Positions 1-9,670 of a DNA stretch of 64,000 bases are shown piece by piece; position 1 is the first letter of the stretch; each line of letters starts with the position of its first letter. Under the pieces are notes generated by a model. The model was not told where the DNA came from. It saw only the letters and a program-made list of their open reading frames with translations, and ran no database searches. Origin of the DNA: an uncultured Dysosmobacter sp. GTDB lineage: Bacteria; Bacillota; Clostridia; Oscillospirales; Oscillospiraceae. The position numbers and the translations under genes are program-made. Location: positions 54,259 through 118,258 of the forward strand of contig CANQPD010000003.1 in NCBI GenBank assembly GCA_947625655.1, in the 5' to 3' direction.

Positions 1-1039
1 TGGTGATGTCCCAGGCCTCGTCCCAGTCCATGCCCGCCTCGTCGATGAAAATGCGCATCAGCTCGGGCACCACCAGGGCGGGATGGGTGTCGTTGATCTG
101 GATAACGTTCTTCTCGTGGAAGTTCTTCAACGTGCCGTAGGTGTCCAGGTGCTTGGTGGCAATGGACTGGACCGTGGCGGACACGAAGAAATACTGCTGC
201 TTCAACCGCAGGGACTTGCCCTCGTAGTGGTTGTCCTCGGGGTAGAGGATCTTGGCGATGGTCCCCGCCATGGCCTCCTCCTCGGCGGCCTTCAGATACT
301 CGCCCCGGGAGAACAGGGACATGTCCACCGGCTTGGTGGAGCGGGCGTCCCACAGCCGCAGGGTGTTGACATGGTCGGTGTCATAGCCGGCCACCACCAT
401 GTCGCAGGGGACGGCCAGGACCTTGGTGGCGTTTTCATTGACGATATGCAGATGGCCGTCGTCCCAAAATTCCCGGAGGGTGCCGCCGAAGTAGACCTCC
501 TGGGCCTCCTCGGGCTTGGGCAGCAGCCAGGCGGAGCCCAGGCCCTTCCAGTCGTCGGGCAGCTCCACCTGCTGGCCCTCCACGATCTTCTGCTTGAAAA
601 TACCCAGCTCATAGCAGATGGAGTAGCCGGTGGCGGGGATCTCCAGCGTGGTCATGGAGTCCAGATAGCAGGCGGCCAGACGGCCCAGGCCGCCGTTGCC
701 CAGGCCCGCGTCGGGCTCGATCTCAAAAATGTCCGCCGCCTTGAAGCCCAGGTGCTCCAGGGCCTCCTTCAGCTGGGGCAGGACCTCCAGGTTGTAGGCG
801 TTTTTCATCAGGCTGCGGCCCATCAGGAATTCCAGGGACAGGTAGTGGACCTGTTTTTTGTGGTTCCGGCGGGTCTGCTTGTTGGTCTCCACGCCGCGGA
901 TGGCCATGACGTCCCGGAGGACCAGGGCGCTGGCTTTCATCATCTTCTGGTCGGTGGCCTCCTCAGGCGTCTTGCCGAAATTCAGCATCAGCTTGGCGGT
1001 GAGGGCTTCTTCCAGTGTTTTTGTGGTATATGGTATCAT
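1..1039 (-). CDS. glgP: glycogen/maltodextrin phosphorylase (GT35), N-terminal ~346 codons; the rest lies beyond the window start
   Basis: Not in the ORF track because it is open at the window edge. Hand translation of the minus strand from ATG 1039..1037 gives MIPYTTKTLEEALTAKLMLNFGK...EFLMGRSLMKNAYNL...EPDAGLGNGGLGRLAACYLDSMTTL...INDTHPALVVPELMR, the GT35 signature. An AAGGAAG SD lies upstream. It is the last gene of the glgBCDAP order. Confidence 0.85.
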   Translation of the reverse strand, partial: MIPYTTKTLEEALTAKLMLNFGKTPEEATDQKMMKASALVLRDVMAIRGVETNKQTRRNHKKQVHYLSLEFLMGRSLMKNAYNLEVLPQLKEALEHLGFKAADIFEIEPDAGLGNGGLGRLAACYLDSMTTLEIPATGYSICYELGIFKQKIVEGQQVELPDDWKGLGSAWLLPKPEEAQEVYFGGTLREFWDDGHLHIVNENATKVLAVPCDMVVAGYDTDHVNTLRLWDARSTKPVDMSLFSRGEYLKAAEEEAMAGTIAKILYPEDNHYEGKSLRLKQQYFFVSATVQSIATKHLDTYGTLKNFHEKNVIQINDTHPALVVPELMRIFIDEAGMDWDEAWDIT

Positions 1040-1048
1040 GGATCTTCC

Positions 1049-2878
1049 TTACTCTGCCGCGTCTTTTTTCGCCTTTGCGGCAGGCCCTTTCTTTGCGGAT
1101 TTTTCTTCTTTTTTGGCGGTCTTTTTTGCAGCCGCCCTGCCGGCGGTCTTTTTCGCCGCGGTTTTCTTTGCGGCGGCCTTCTTCGCCGGTTTCTTCACGG
1201 GTTTCTCAGCGGGCGCCGGCTCTTCGGCGGCGGGCGCTTCCTCCACGGGCTCTTCAGCGGCAGGCGCTTCGGGAGCGGGCGCTTCCTCCACGGGCACTTC
1301 GGCGGCAGGCTCTTCAGTGGCAGGCACTTCGGCGGCAGGCGTTTCCTCCACAGCCGCCGGGGCTTCTGCGGGCACGGCGGGCGCTTCCTGGATAACAGGC
1401 TCCTCCTGGACGGCGGGTTCCTCCGCCTCCGGGGTGTGCCAGACCTGGCCGGTGATGTTGGCGTAGATCCGCAGATAGTCCCTGGCGCTGCGGGCCCAGC
1501 TGAAATCGCACTCCATGGCCCGCTTGCGCAGACGGCCGAAGGCGTCGGGATAATCCTTGTACAGATACACGGCCTCCCGGATGACATACAGCATGTCGCC
1601 GCTGGCGTAGTTGGCGAAGGTGAAGCCGTTGCCGGCGTCCCGCCAGGCCTCGTAGGGCTGGACGGTATCCTTCAGCCCGCCGGTCTCCCGGACGATGGGC
1701 ACCGTGCCGTAGCGCATGGCGATCATCTGGCTGAGGCCGCAGGGCTCGCTCTTGGAGGGCATCAGGAACAGGTCCGCACCGGAGTAGATGGCCATGGACA
1801 GCTCCTCGTTATAGTCCAGGCGCACGGCCATGCGGCCCTGATACTGCTGGGCGGCCCAGTGGAAGAACTCCTCATACTTCTGGTCGCCCTTGCCCAGGAT
1901 CACCAGCTGCATCGGAAGCTCCATCATATCATGAAGCACTTCACAAATCAAGTCCAAACCCTTGTGGGAGACCAGGCGGCTGACGATGGCCACAATGGGC
2001 ACATGGGGCTCCTCCCGCAGGCCCATCAGCCGCTGCAAAGCCGCCTTGTCGGCGTCCTTGCCGGACATGTCCGCGGCGGAGTAGTGGGTGCCGATGCGGG
2101 GGTCCGTCTCGGGGTTGTACAGCTTCATGTCGATGCCGTTGAGCACGCCGGAGAGCTTATACTCGCACTGGCGCATGATGTTCTCCAGCCGGTGGGCGAA
2201 ATAGGCCATCTTCAGCTCGTTGGCATAGGTGGGGGACACGGCGTTGACGGCGTCGGCGCACAAAATGGCGCCCTTCAGCAGGTTCACGTCGCCGTCCATC
2301 ATAATGGTGCCGTCGGCGGCCCAGCCGTAATCCAGTCCGAACAGGTCGCCCAGGGTCTCCTTGCCGTAGCGGCCCTGGTATTCGATGTTGTGGATGGTCA
2401 GCGCGGTCCTGATGGAGCGGTAGCGATCCTCCCGCACGCCGTCGTCCTTCAGGTAAATGGGCACCAGGGCGGTCTGCCAGTCGTTGCAGTGGATGACCTC
2501 CGGCCAGAACTTCAGATGGGACAGCATCCGCACGACGGCCCGGGAGAAAAAGCCGAACCGCTCGCCGTCGTCCATATAGCCGTACAGGTCCGGGCGGTTG
2601 AAATACTGCTCATTGTCCAGGAAGTACCAGGTCACGCCGTTCTTTTCCAGGGAGAACAGGCCGCAGTAGCTGTGCCGCCACGCCAGATCCACATAGTCAT
2701 AGCACTCAAAGGTCAGCTGGTCGCCGAAGCGCTCCCGGACCCGCTGGTACAGCGGCAGGATGACCGCTACTTCCGCGCCCTCCGCCGCCAGGGCCTCCGG
2801 CAGGGAGCCGGCCACGTCCGCCAGGCCGCCGGTTTTGCAGAACGGCACCGCCTCGCTGGTTGCATACAAGATTTTCAT
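1049..2878 (-). CDS. glgA: glycogen synthase (GT5) with a ~130-aa low-complexity C-terminal extension
   Basis: 609-aa ORF: MKILYATSEAVPFCKTGGLADV..., ...PSKSEPCGLSQMIAMRYGTVPIVRETGGLKDTV. The canonical enzyme ends near ...YANITGQ and is followed by a PEA-rich acidic stretch, then a KKAAAKK basic tail. Confidence 0.9.
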   Translation of the reverse strand: MKILYATSEAVPFCKTGGLADVAGSLPEALAAEGAEVAVILPLYQRVRERFGDQLTFECYDYVDLAWRHSYCGLFSLEKNGVTWYFLDNEQYFNRPDLYGYMDDGERFGFFSRAVVRMLSHLKFWPEVIHCNDWQTALVPIYLKDDGVREDRYRSIRTALTIHNIEYQGRYGKETLGDLFGLDYGWAADGTIMMDGDVNLLKGAILCADAVNAVSPTYANELKMAYFAHRLENIMRQCEYKLSGVLNGIDMKLYNPETDPRIGTHYSAADMSGKDADKAALQRLMGLREEPHVPIVAIVSRLVSHKGLDLICEVLHDMMELPMQLVILGKGDQKYEEFFHWAAQQYQGRMAVRLDYNEELSMAIYSGADLFLMPSKSEPCGLSQMIAMRYGTVPIVRETGGLKDTVQPYEAWRDAGNGFTFANYASGDMLYVIREAVYLYKDYPDAFGRLRKRAMECDFSWARSARDYLRIYANITGQVWHTPEAEEPAVQEEPVIQEAPAVPAEAPAAVEETPAAEVPATEEPAAEVPVEEAPAPEAPAAEEPVEEAPAAEEPAPAEKPVKKPAKKAAAKKTAAKKTAGRAAAKKTAKKEEKSAKKGPAAKAKKDAAE

Positions 2879-3042
2879 AACATAAAACCCCTTTCATTCG
2901 TTGAGGGAGCTTTCCCACTTCTTTTCTCTTCTTCCATGCTTCAAAAGAAAAACCGCATGGGGAGCAGGCCCCCCGCGGGCCGCCCTGCGGGGCGGCCTCT
3001 TTTACAGATTGCAAGGGGGAGCAGGCTCCCCCTTGCAAAATA

Positions 3043-4155
3043 TCAGACTTTGCTGCCCTTGGCCAGGACGATGGGATAGGTCGCGTGGCCCATCAGCGTC
3101 CGGTCAGGCAGGACCTCCACGTCCTTGTCCGCGATGATATACGCCAGCTGGGCATTGCTGCGGACGATATCTTCCTTGAAAAGGACGCTGTTGCGCACCA
3201 CCGCGCCGGCTTCCACCACCACGCCGGGGAACAGGACGGAGTTTTCCACCGTGCCCTCGATGCGGCAGCCCTCGGCCACCAGGGAGTTGACGCAGCGGCC
3301 CTCAGGCCCCACATAGGTGGAGGACTTGTCCGCGCCCTTGGCCCGGATGGGGCGCTCCGGTGTGAACAGGTCCGCCTGGATGGCGGGGTCCAGCAGCTGC
3401 ATGCTGCGGTCGTAATACTCCTGGACGGAGCGGATCTGGGCGGCGAAGCCGCTCCAGATATAGCTGCGCAGATACAGGGAGTCCTTCTTGGCCTGCAGCA
3501 CGTCCCGCCGCCAGCTGAACTGGTCCTTGCCGGAGCACTCGTCCACCAGCTCCTTCAGCAGCTGGGTGGAGAGGATGTAGACCTCCAGCCCCCGGTAGCC
3601 CCGGGGCTGATGGAGACGGAACAGGACCTCCGTGATCCGGCCCTCGCCGTTCTTCTCGAAATATGTGCCGTCGTCGGTGGCAAAGCTGTCGTTGCCGCAG
3701 ACCACGGTGATGTCCGCGCCGGACTTGACGTGGCTTTCGTAGATATCCGCCAGGGGCAGGTTCACCACCAAGTCGCCGTCCATCAGCGCCACATAGTCCT
3801 GCCGGATGGTGTCCAGATAAGTGCGGACGCCCGCCAGGGCCTCGATCTTGCCCCGGAAGGGCATGACGCCCCAGTCCTGCTGATAATTAAAGGGAGGCAG
3901 GATGCGCAGGCCGCCGCGCTTGCGGCTCAGATCCCAGGCCTTGCCGGTGCCCAGGTGATCCAGCATGCTCTGATAGCGGCCGTGGAGCACGATGCCCACG
4001 TCCGTGGCGCCGGCGTTCACCAGGTTGGACAGGGCAAAGTCCACGCACCGATAGCGGCCGCCGAAGGGGATGGAGGAAGCGGAGCGGATCTCGCCCAGCT
4101 CCCGCAGGTCGTTGCGCTTTTCATAAGCGAAGATGATACCGTGCAGCCCGTTCAT
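3043..4155 (-). CDS. glgD: glucose-1-phosphate adenylyltransferase, GlgD subunit
   Basis: 370 aa: [49 protein letters not shown]. 4-nt overlaps with glgC. This is the Firmicutes glgCD pair. Confidence 0.85.
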   Translation of the reverse strand: MNGLHGIIFAYEKRNDLRELGEIRSASSIPFGGRYRCVDFALSNLVNAGATDVGIVLHGRYQSMLDHLGTGKAWDLSRKRGGLRILPPFNYQQDWGVMPFRGKIEALAGVRTYLDTIRQDYVALMDGDLVVNLPLADIYESHVKSGADITVVCGNDSFATDDGTYFEKNGEGRITEVLFRLHQPRGYRGLEVYILSTQLLKELVDECSGKDQFSWRRDVLQAKKDSLYLRSYIWSGFAAQIRSVQEYYDRSMQLLDPAIQADLFTPERPIRAKGADKSSTYVGPEGRCVNSLVAEGCRIEGTVENSVLFPGVVVEAGAVVRNSVLFKEDIVRSNAQLAYIIADKDVEVLPDRTLMGHATYPIVLAKGSKV

Positions 4156-5360
4156 TTGGACACCTCCTCACCATTGCCGGCCAGCATCACGCCGGGCCGG
4201 ACCTCTCTGCCCTCTTCCACCGTGCAGTGGGGGGCCAAAACCGTCAGTCCCCAGCTTCCGTCGGCCACGCTTTCCGGTGTGCCGCCGATGTGGCAGTTTT
4301 TGCCGATGCGGCATCCCTCGCCCAGGATGGCGTACTCCACCACCGCGCCGGGCTCCACCACGGTGCCGGGCAGCAGCACGGAATAGCTGATCCGGGCGCC
4401 CTCGGCCACCTTTACATTGGGGGCCAGGACGGAATTTTCCACCACGCCGTCCAGCACGCTGCCGCGGTTGAAGGCGCTGTGGGTCACATGGGACTGACCG
4501 CCCAAAAAGGCGGGAGGCGCGTTGACGGACCGGGCGTAGATGGGCCAGGACTCGTCCGCCAGGTCCAGGCCGGACTCGGGAGACAGCATATCCATGTTGG
4601 CGTCCCACAGGGACTCCAGGGTGCCCACGTCCTTCCAGTAGCCGGCAAAGCGGTAGGCGGCCATCCGCTCGCCGTTATTCAGCATGGCGGGGATGACGTT
4701 TTTGCCGAAGTCGTTCTCGGAGCTGGGGTCCGCCTCGTCCTCCGTCAGATACCGCCGCAGGGCCTTCCAGGAGAACACGTAGATGCCCATGGAGGCCAGA
4801 TTGCTCTTGGGCTCCTTGGGCTTTTCGGCGAATTCGGTGATCATGTCGTTTTCGTCCACGCTCATGATGCCGAAGCGGGGGGCCTCCGCCCAGGGCACCT
4901 CCATGACGGAGATGGTGCAGGCGGCGCCCGCCTCCTTGTGGCGCTCCACCATCTTGGAGTAGTCCATTTTATAGATGTGGTCGCCGGAGAGGATGACCAC
5001 ATATTCGGGATCATACAGGTCGATGAAGCCGATGTTCTGATAGATGGCGTTGGCGGTGCCCTTGTACCAGGTGCCGCCCTTGCTGCCCTGATAGGGCGGC
5101 AGGATGTGGACGCCGCCGGTGGAGCCGTCCAGGTCCCAGGGCTGGCCGCTGCCGATGTAGCTGTTCAGCTCCAGGGGGCGGTACTGGGTCAGCACGCCCA
5201 CGGTGTCGATGCCGGAATTGGTGCAGTTGGACAGGGGGAAGTCAATGATGCGGTATTTGCCGCCAAAGGGGACGGCGGGCTTCGCCATATCGCTGGTAAG
5301 GACATACAGGCGGCTTCCCTGGCCGCCTGCCAGCAGCATGGCGATACACTCTTTTTTCAT
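4152..5360 (-). CDS. glgC: glucose-1-phosphate adenylyltransferase
   Basis: 402 aa: [44 protein letters not shown]. Left-handed beta-helix C-terminus. Confidence 0.9.
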   Translation of the reverse strand: MKKECIAMLLAGGQGSRLYVLTSDMAKPAVPFGGKYRIIDFPLSNCTNSGIDTVGVLTQYRPLELNSYIGSGQPWDLDGSTGGVHILPPYQGSKGGTWYKGTANAIYQNIGFIDLYDPEYVVILSGDHIYKMDYSKMVERHKEAGAACTISVMEVPWAEAPRFGIMSVDENDMITEFAEKPKEPKSNLASMGIYVFSWKALRRYLTEDEADPSSENDFGKNVIPAMLNNGERMAAYRFAGYWKDVGTLESLWDANMDMLSPESGLDLADESWPIYARSVNAPPAFLGGQSHVTHSAFNRGSVLDGVVENSVLAPNVKVAEGARISYSVLLPGTVVEPGAVVEYAILGEGCRIGKNCHIGGTPESVADGSWGLTVLAPHCTVEEGREVRPGVMLAGNGEEVSK

Positions 5361-7279
5361 AATTTCTCCTGCTCCTTTGCCTGTTTTTTCGTCCTGGGTC
5401 TGGGGAATGTGCCCTCTCCCCGCAGGAATACCGCGCCAAAGGCCGGAATCCGGATGGCGGCGGAGTGCTCCTTTCCGTGGGAGGGGACCGCCTCCACCTT
5501 CACCGGAGCAGTGTCGCCAAATCCGTCTCCGCCGTAGGCGGGATCGTCGGTATTGAACACGGGGGTATACTGCCGGTGGGCGGGAACGCCCATCCGATAG
5601 TTTTCATAGGTGTTGGGCGAGAAGTTCACCGCGCACAGCAGGTCGCGGCCCTTCTTGTCCTTGCGCAGGAACACCACCACGTTGTTGTGGTTGTCGTCAG
5701 GCACCAGCCACTCAAAGCCCTCCCAGCTGAAATCGATCTCCCACAGGGCCGGGTTTTTCCGGTAAAAGGCGTTAGCCTCCTTGAAGAAGCGGTGGATCTG
5801 CCGGTTCTCCTCCTTTTCCAGCAGATACCAGTCCAGCTGCCCGTCGGAGTCCCACTCATGCCACTGGCCCAGCTCCGCGCCCATGAACAGCAGCTTCTTG
5901 CCGGGATGGGCCAGCAGATACGCGTAAAAGCCCCGGGTGCAGCGCAGCTGGTTGGTGTAATCGCCGGGCATCTTGCCCACCACGGAGCCCTTCATGTGGA
6001 CCACCTCGTCGTGGGAGATGGGGAGCACAAAGTTCTCCGAAAAGGCATACATCATGGAGAAGGTGATGTCCTTATGGTGATCCTGGCGGAACCAGGGGTC
6101 CATTTTCAGGTAGTGGCACATGTCGTTCATCCAGCCCATGTTCCACTTCAGATTGAAGCCCAGGCCGCCCACATCGGCGGGCCTGGTCACCAGGGGCCAT
6201 GCCGTGGACTCCTCCGCGATCATCAGCACGCCGGGATCCACGCCGAAGGCCATGGCGTTCAGCTCCCGCAGGAAGTCGATGGCCTCCAGATTCTCGTGCC
6301 CGCCGTATTTGTTGGGCGTCCAGGGGCCGCCCTGGCGGCCGTAGTCCAGATACAGCATGGACGCCACCGCATCCACCCGGAGGCCGTCGATGTGGTATTC
6401 CTCCAGCCAGAAGCGGGCGGAGGAGAACAGGAAGCTCTTGACCTCCGGCCGGCCGTAGTCAAAGACCCGGGTGCCCCAGCCGGCGTGCTCCCATTTGTTG
6501 GGGTCGCTGTACTCATAGCAGCAGGTGCCGTCAAACTGGTAGAGGCCCTGCTCGTCCTTGCAGAAGTGGGCGGGCACCCAGTCCAGCAGGACGGTGATGC
6601 CGTTTTTGTGCATGTGGTTGACGAACCACATGAAATCCTTGGGGGTGCCGAACCGGGAGGTGGGGGCGAAATACCCGGTGCACTGATAGCCCCAGGAGTC
6701 GTCCAGCGGATGCTCCGTCACCGGCAGCAGCTCGATGGCGGTGTAGCCCATCTCCTTGACATAGGCCGCCAGTTCCCTGCCGAGGTCCCGGTAATCGATG
6801 AAGTCTCCGTTGTCCCGCTTGCGCCAGGAGCCCAGGTGCACCTCGTAGATATTCAGGGGGGAGTCGTAGACCTGGTGCCTGCGCTTGCGCTCCCGGAAAG
6901 CGGCGTCCGTCCACCGGAAGCCGCTGATGTCATACAGCTTGCTGGCGGTGGCGGGGCGGGTCTCGGTATGGAATCCATAGGGATCCGCTTTCATATGTAC
7001 CTGTCCGTCCGCGCCGCAGACCGCGTACTTATAGGACGTGTACTGCTCCAGGCCGGGAATGAACCCCTCCCAGATCTCGCCCCTGCGGGCGAGGCGGTTG
7101 GCGCCCTGGTCCCAGCTGTTGAAGTCGCCCACCACGGACACCCTTTTGGCGTTGGGGGCCCAGACCCGGAATTTCCAGCCCTTCCGCCCCTTCTCTTCCG
7201 CCGGATGCGCGCCGAACCAGCGCCAGCCGTCGCTCAGCGTACCGGCATGGAACTGCTCGGCCTGTTGGTTTTTTGCCAT
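5357..7279 (-). CDS. glgB: 1,4-alpha-glucan branching enzyme (GH13)
   Basis: 640 aa. GH13 motifs: [45 protein letters not shown]. Confidence 0.9.
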   Translation of the reverse strand: MAKNQQAEQFHAGTLSDGWRWFGAHPAEEKGRKGWKFRVWAPNAKRVSVVGDFNSWDQGANRLARRGEIWEGFIPGLEQYTSYKYAVCGADGQVHMKADPYGFHTETRPATASKLYDISGFRWTDAAFRERKRRHQVYDSPLNIYEVHLGSWRKRDNGDFIDYRDLGRELAAYVKEMGYTAIELLPVTEHPLDDSWGYQCTGYFAPTSRFGTPKDFMWFVNHMHKNGITVLLDWVPAHFCKDEQGLYQFDGTCCYEYSDPNKWEHAGWGTRVFDYGRPEVKSFLFSSARFWLEEYHIDGLRVDAVASMLYLDYGRQGGPWTPNKYGGHENLEAIDFLRELNAMAFGVDPGVLMIAEESTAWPLVTRPADVGGLGFNLKWNMGWMNDMCHYLKMDPWFRQDHHKDITFSMMYAFSENFVLPISHDEVVHMKGSVVGKMPGDYTNQLRCTRGFYAYLLAHPGKKLLFMGAELGQWHEWDSDGQLDWYLLEKEENRQIHRFFKEANAFYRKNPALWEIDFSWEGFEWLVPDDNHNNVVVFLRKDKKGRDLLCAVNFSPNTYENYRMGVPAHRQYTPVFNTDDPAYGGDGFGDTAPVKVEAVPSHGKEHSAAIRIPAFGAVFLRGEGTFPRPRTKKQAKEQEKL

Positions 7280-7668
7280 ATGAAGCTCCTCTCCCCGACG
7301 GCCCCCGCCCTGCGGGAACCGCGGGTCTTTCGTTGGTTTTCCTCGCTTGATCCTCTTTTCACTTTGGTCGTTTTTCTGATGCCATATGTGGTATTATTAT
7401 ACTTCTTCCGAAAAATACCGTCAAGAATACTCCTGTCGAAAAAGTTGACTGTTTTTGGTGTATTTAAACAATTTGTTTGCTAATATCACGATATTTTTTG
7501 TCCACCTTTGGCATAGTGCGCAAACATTTTACCAAAATCTTCTGTTTTCTTTGCAGGCAGCCCTTTTCAGCCCTCTTTCGTTTCCACATTGTCCGTATTG
7601 ATTTTGCCCGCGGCGTTTGCTAGAATAAGCAGGGTTTTGCAGACTGTCTGTTTTTGGGAGGTTTTCCG

Positions 7669-8487
7669 ATGTCCCCGTTTTCTTTTCTCACCGGTCTTAC
7701 CGTGGATGGTTTTCCCCTCTGGGTCGTGCTGCTGATCTGCTGCGGCGTGTTTCTGGCGGCCTTTATGGACGCCATTGCCGGCGGCGGCGGCATCATCTCC
7801 GTGCCCACCTACCTGATCGCCTTCTCCGGCCTTCCCACCTACTATGCCCTGGGCACCAACAAGCTCTCCTCCGGCATCGGCACCGTGTTCTCCACCGCCC
7901 GCTTCATTAAAAACGGCTATGTCCACTGGAAGCTCTTCGCGCCGTCCGTCGCCCTGGCCCTGCTTGGGTCCATGGGCGGCACCTGGCTGCAGCACCACAC
8001 GCCGGACGCCGTTTTGAAATACCTGCTGCTGGTGGTGCTGCCCATTGTGGCGTTTGTCACCCTGCGCACCCGCAGCTGGCCCGACGAGCCCGGCGACATC
8101 GATCCCCGGAAACAGGCCCTCATCGTCTGGGCGGCCGCCCTTGTCATCGGCGCCTACGACGGATACTACGGCCCCGGCACCGGCACGTTTTTGATGATCA
8201 TTTTCATCCGCCTGGCCAAGCTGGACACCCGCCACGCCGCCGGCGGCGTCAAGGTCATCAACCTGGCCTCCAACATCGGCAGCCTGTTCACCGCCCTGAC
8301 CGCCGGATATGTATACATTGGCGTGGGGCTGATTTCCGCCGTGGCCTCCATTGCCGGGCATTATATCGGCGCGGGGCTGGCCATCAAAAACGGCAGTAAG
8401 ATCGTCCGGCCCGCCGTCATCCTGGTCCTGATCCTGCTGACCGTCAAGGTGGGCAGCGAGCTGCTGTTCCCTGAATTCTGGAGCTGA
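7669..8487 (+). CDS. TSUP (TauE/SafE) family membrane exporter
   Basis: Polytopic ORF with AFMDAIAGGGGIISVPTYL and GAYDGYYGPGTGTF repeats. ATG 7669 is preferred over the track start 7654 (TTG) because GGAGG lies 7 nt upstream. Confidence 0.8.
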   Translation: MSPFSFLTGLTVDGFPLWVVLLICCGVFLAAFMDAIAGGGGIISVPTYLIAFSGLPTYYALGTNKLSSGIGTVFSTARFIKNGYVHWKLFAPSVALALLGSMGGTWLQHHTPDAVLKYLLLVVLPIVAFVTLRTRSWPDEPGDIDPRKQALIVWAAALVIGAYDGYYGPGTGTFLMIIFIRLAKLDTRHAAGGVKVINLASNIGSLFTALTAGYVYIGVGLISAVASIAGHYIGAGLAIKNGSKIVRPAVILVLILLTVKVGSELLFPEFWS

Positions 8488-8497
8488 GGTGGTTCCC

Positions 8498-9202
8498 GTG
8501 AAAAAATCCATCGGCATTCTGGGCGGCATGGGGCCGCTGGCCACGGCGGACCTGTTCCGCAAGATCGTCCTCCTCACCGACGCGGAGCGCGACAACGACC
8601 ACATCCGCATCTACATCGACGACAACGCCTCCATCCCCGACCGCACCGCCGCCATTTTGTCCGGCGGAGCGGACCCGCTGCCCGCCATGACAGACTCCCT
8701 GCGGAAGCTGGAGGCCTGCGGCGCGGACTGCATCATCATGCCCTGCAACACCGCCCACTACTTCCTGCCCCGGCTCCAGGCGCTGACCGAAGTTCCCTTC
8801 CTCAGCATGCTGGAGGCCGCCGCCAGGGCCTGCCGCGCCCGGTTTCCCGGCAGGACCGCCGCCGTGCTGGCAACAAAGGGCACCCTGGCCGCGGGACTGT
8901 ATCAGAGGGCTCTTGAGGCGGAGTCCGTCCCCTTTCTGATCCCGGCCCCCGCCGAACAGGACGCCCTGATGCGGGTCATTTACGAAGGCGTCAAGGCCGG
9001 CAGGCCGCCGGAGACCTACCGGGCGGACATGATCTCCGTTCTGGAACGCCTGGCCGCCCAGGGCGCCGGCTGTTTCATCCTCGGCTGCACGGAGCTGCCC
9101 CTGGCGGCCCAGGCCCTGGCGCTGGACGTCCCCCTTGTGGACCCTACCGCGGAGCTGGCAAAGGCCGCCATCCGCTTCTGCGGCTACCGTGTAAACGAGT
9201 GA
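8498..9202 (+). CDS. aspartate racemase (Asp/Glu racemase superfamily)
   Basis: KKSIGILGGMGPLATADLFRKIV, ...IIMPCNTAHYF..., ...FILGCTELPL (two catalytic Cys motifs). GTG 8498 follows a GAGGTGG SD. Confidence 0.8.
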   Translation: MKKSIGILGGMGPLATADLFRKIVLLTDAERDNDHIRIYIDDNASIPDRTAAILSGGADPLPAMTDSLRKLEACGADCIIMPCNTAHYFLPRLQALTEVPFLSMLEAAARACRARFPGRTAAVLATKGTLAAGLYQRALEAESVPFLIPAPAEQDALMRVIYEGVKAGRPPETYRADMISVLERLAAQGAGCFILGCTELPLAAQALALDVPLVDPTAELAKAAIRFCGYRVNE

Positions 9203-9208
9203 CCGCGG

Positions 9209-9500
9209 CTGCGCCCCCGGTTCAGCAAAGTGCTGAATCGGGGGTTCAGGCTGTTGAAAAAGTCCAACGGACTTTTTCAACAGCCTGAACAATGCCTCGC
9301 TTTTTGGCCTGCTCCGCAGTCCGAAAAGCTCCCGCTTCGCGGGGCAACGGGCTGCTGCCGCAGCCCGTTTGCAGGCATTCGATTCAACACGAAGGGGCTC
9401 CCGCCCCCTCGTACTCCCCCTGCGAATCGGAACGCTTTTTCTCCAAACAGGGGTTTTCGACAAACTGCGCCCCCGGTTCAGCAAAGTGCTGAATCGGGGG
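9209..9500. repeat. 220-bp non-coding insert (9245-9464) flanked by a perfect 36-bp direct duplication of the racemase terminator hairpin (9209-9244, 9465-9500)
   Basis: CTGCGCCCCCGGTTCAGCAAAGTGCTGAATCGGGGG occurs twice. Only the second copy is followed by a T-tract. The insert starts with the hairpin TTCAGGCTGTTGAAAAAGTCC-AACG-GGACTTTTTCAACAGCCTGAA. An inverted homolog sits at 39938-40162. Confidence 0.85.
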
Positions 9501-9548
9501 CTTTTGTTTACACTTTCTTTACAAATTTCCCCGTTTTTTCTATTTAGC

Positions 9549-9577
9549 TTTACAATTCTTTTGCACTTTGGTATAAT
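9549..9577 (+). promoter_or_regulatory. sigma-A type promoter for the symporter gene
   Basis: TTTACA, 17 nt, TGG-TATAAT (extended -10), ~95 nt upstream of ATG 9671. Confidence 0.55.
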
Positions 9578-9670
9578 ATGGCTAATTTGAAGTATGTTGT
9601 TTTGTCGAAAATATGAAATGACTTATTTCAAGGAGAAAGCGAGAGAAAATTTTGTGTATGAGGTGAGTGT

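Noticed and set aside
83-3079. 998-aa plus-strand ORF spanning glgP/glgA, and similar giants: 31357..33333(-), 36601..38517(-), 49535..52327(+), 60940..62841(+), 57166..58377(+), 59179..60600(+)
   Set aside because: They lie antisense to genes with unmistakable family signatures. Their products are low-complexity G/A/R/P/V-rich strings typical of stop-free antisense frames in high-GC DNA.
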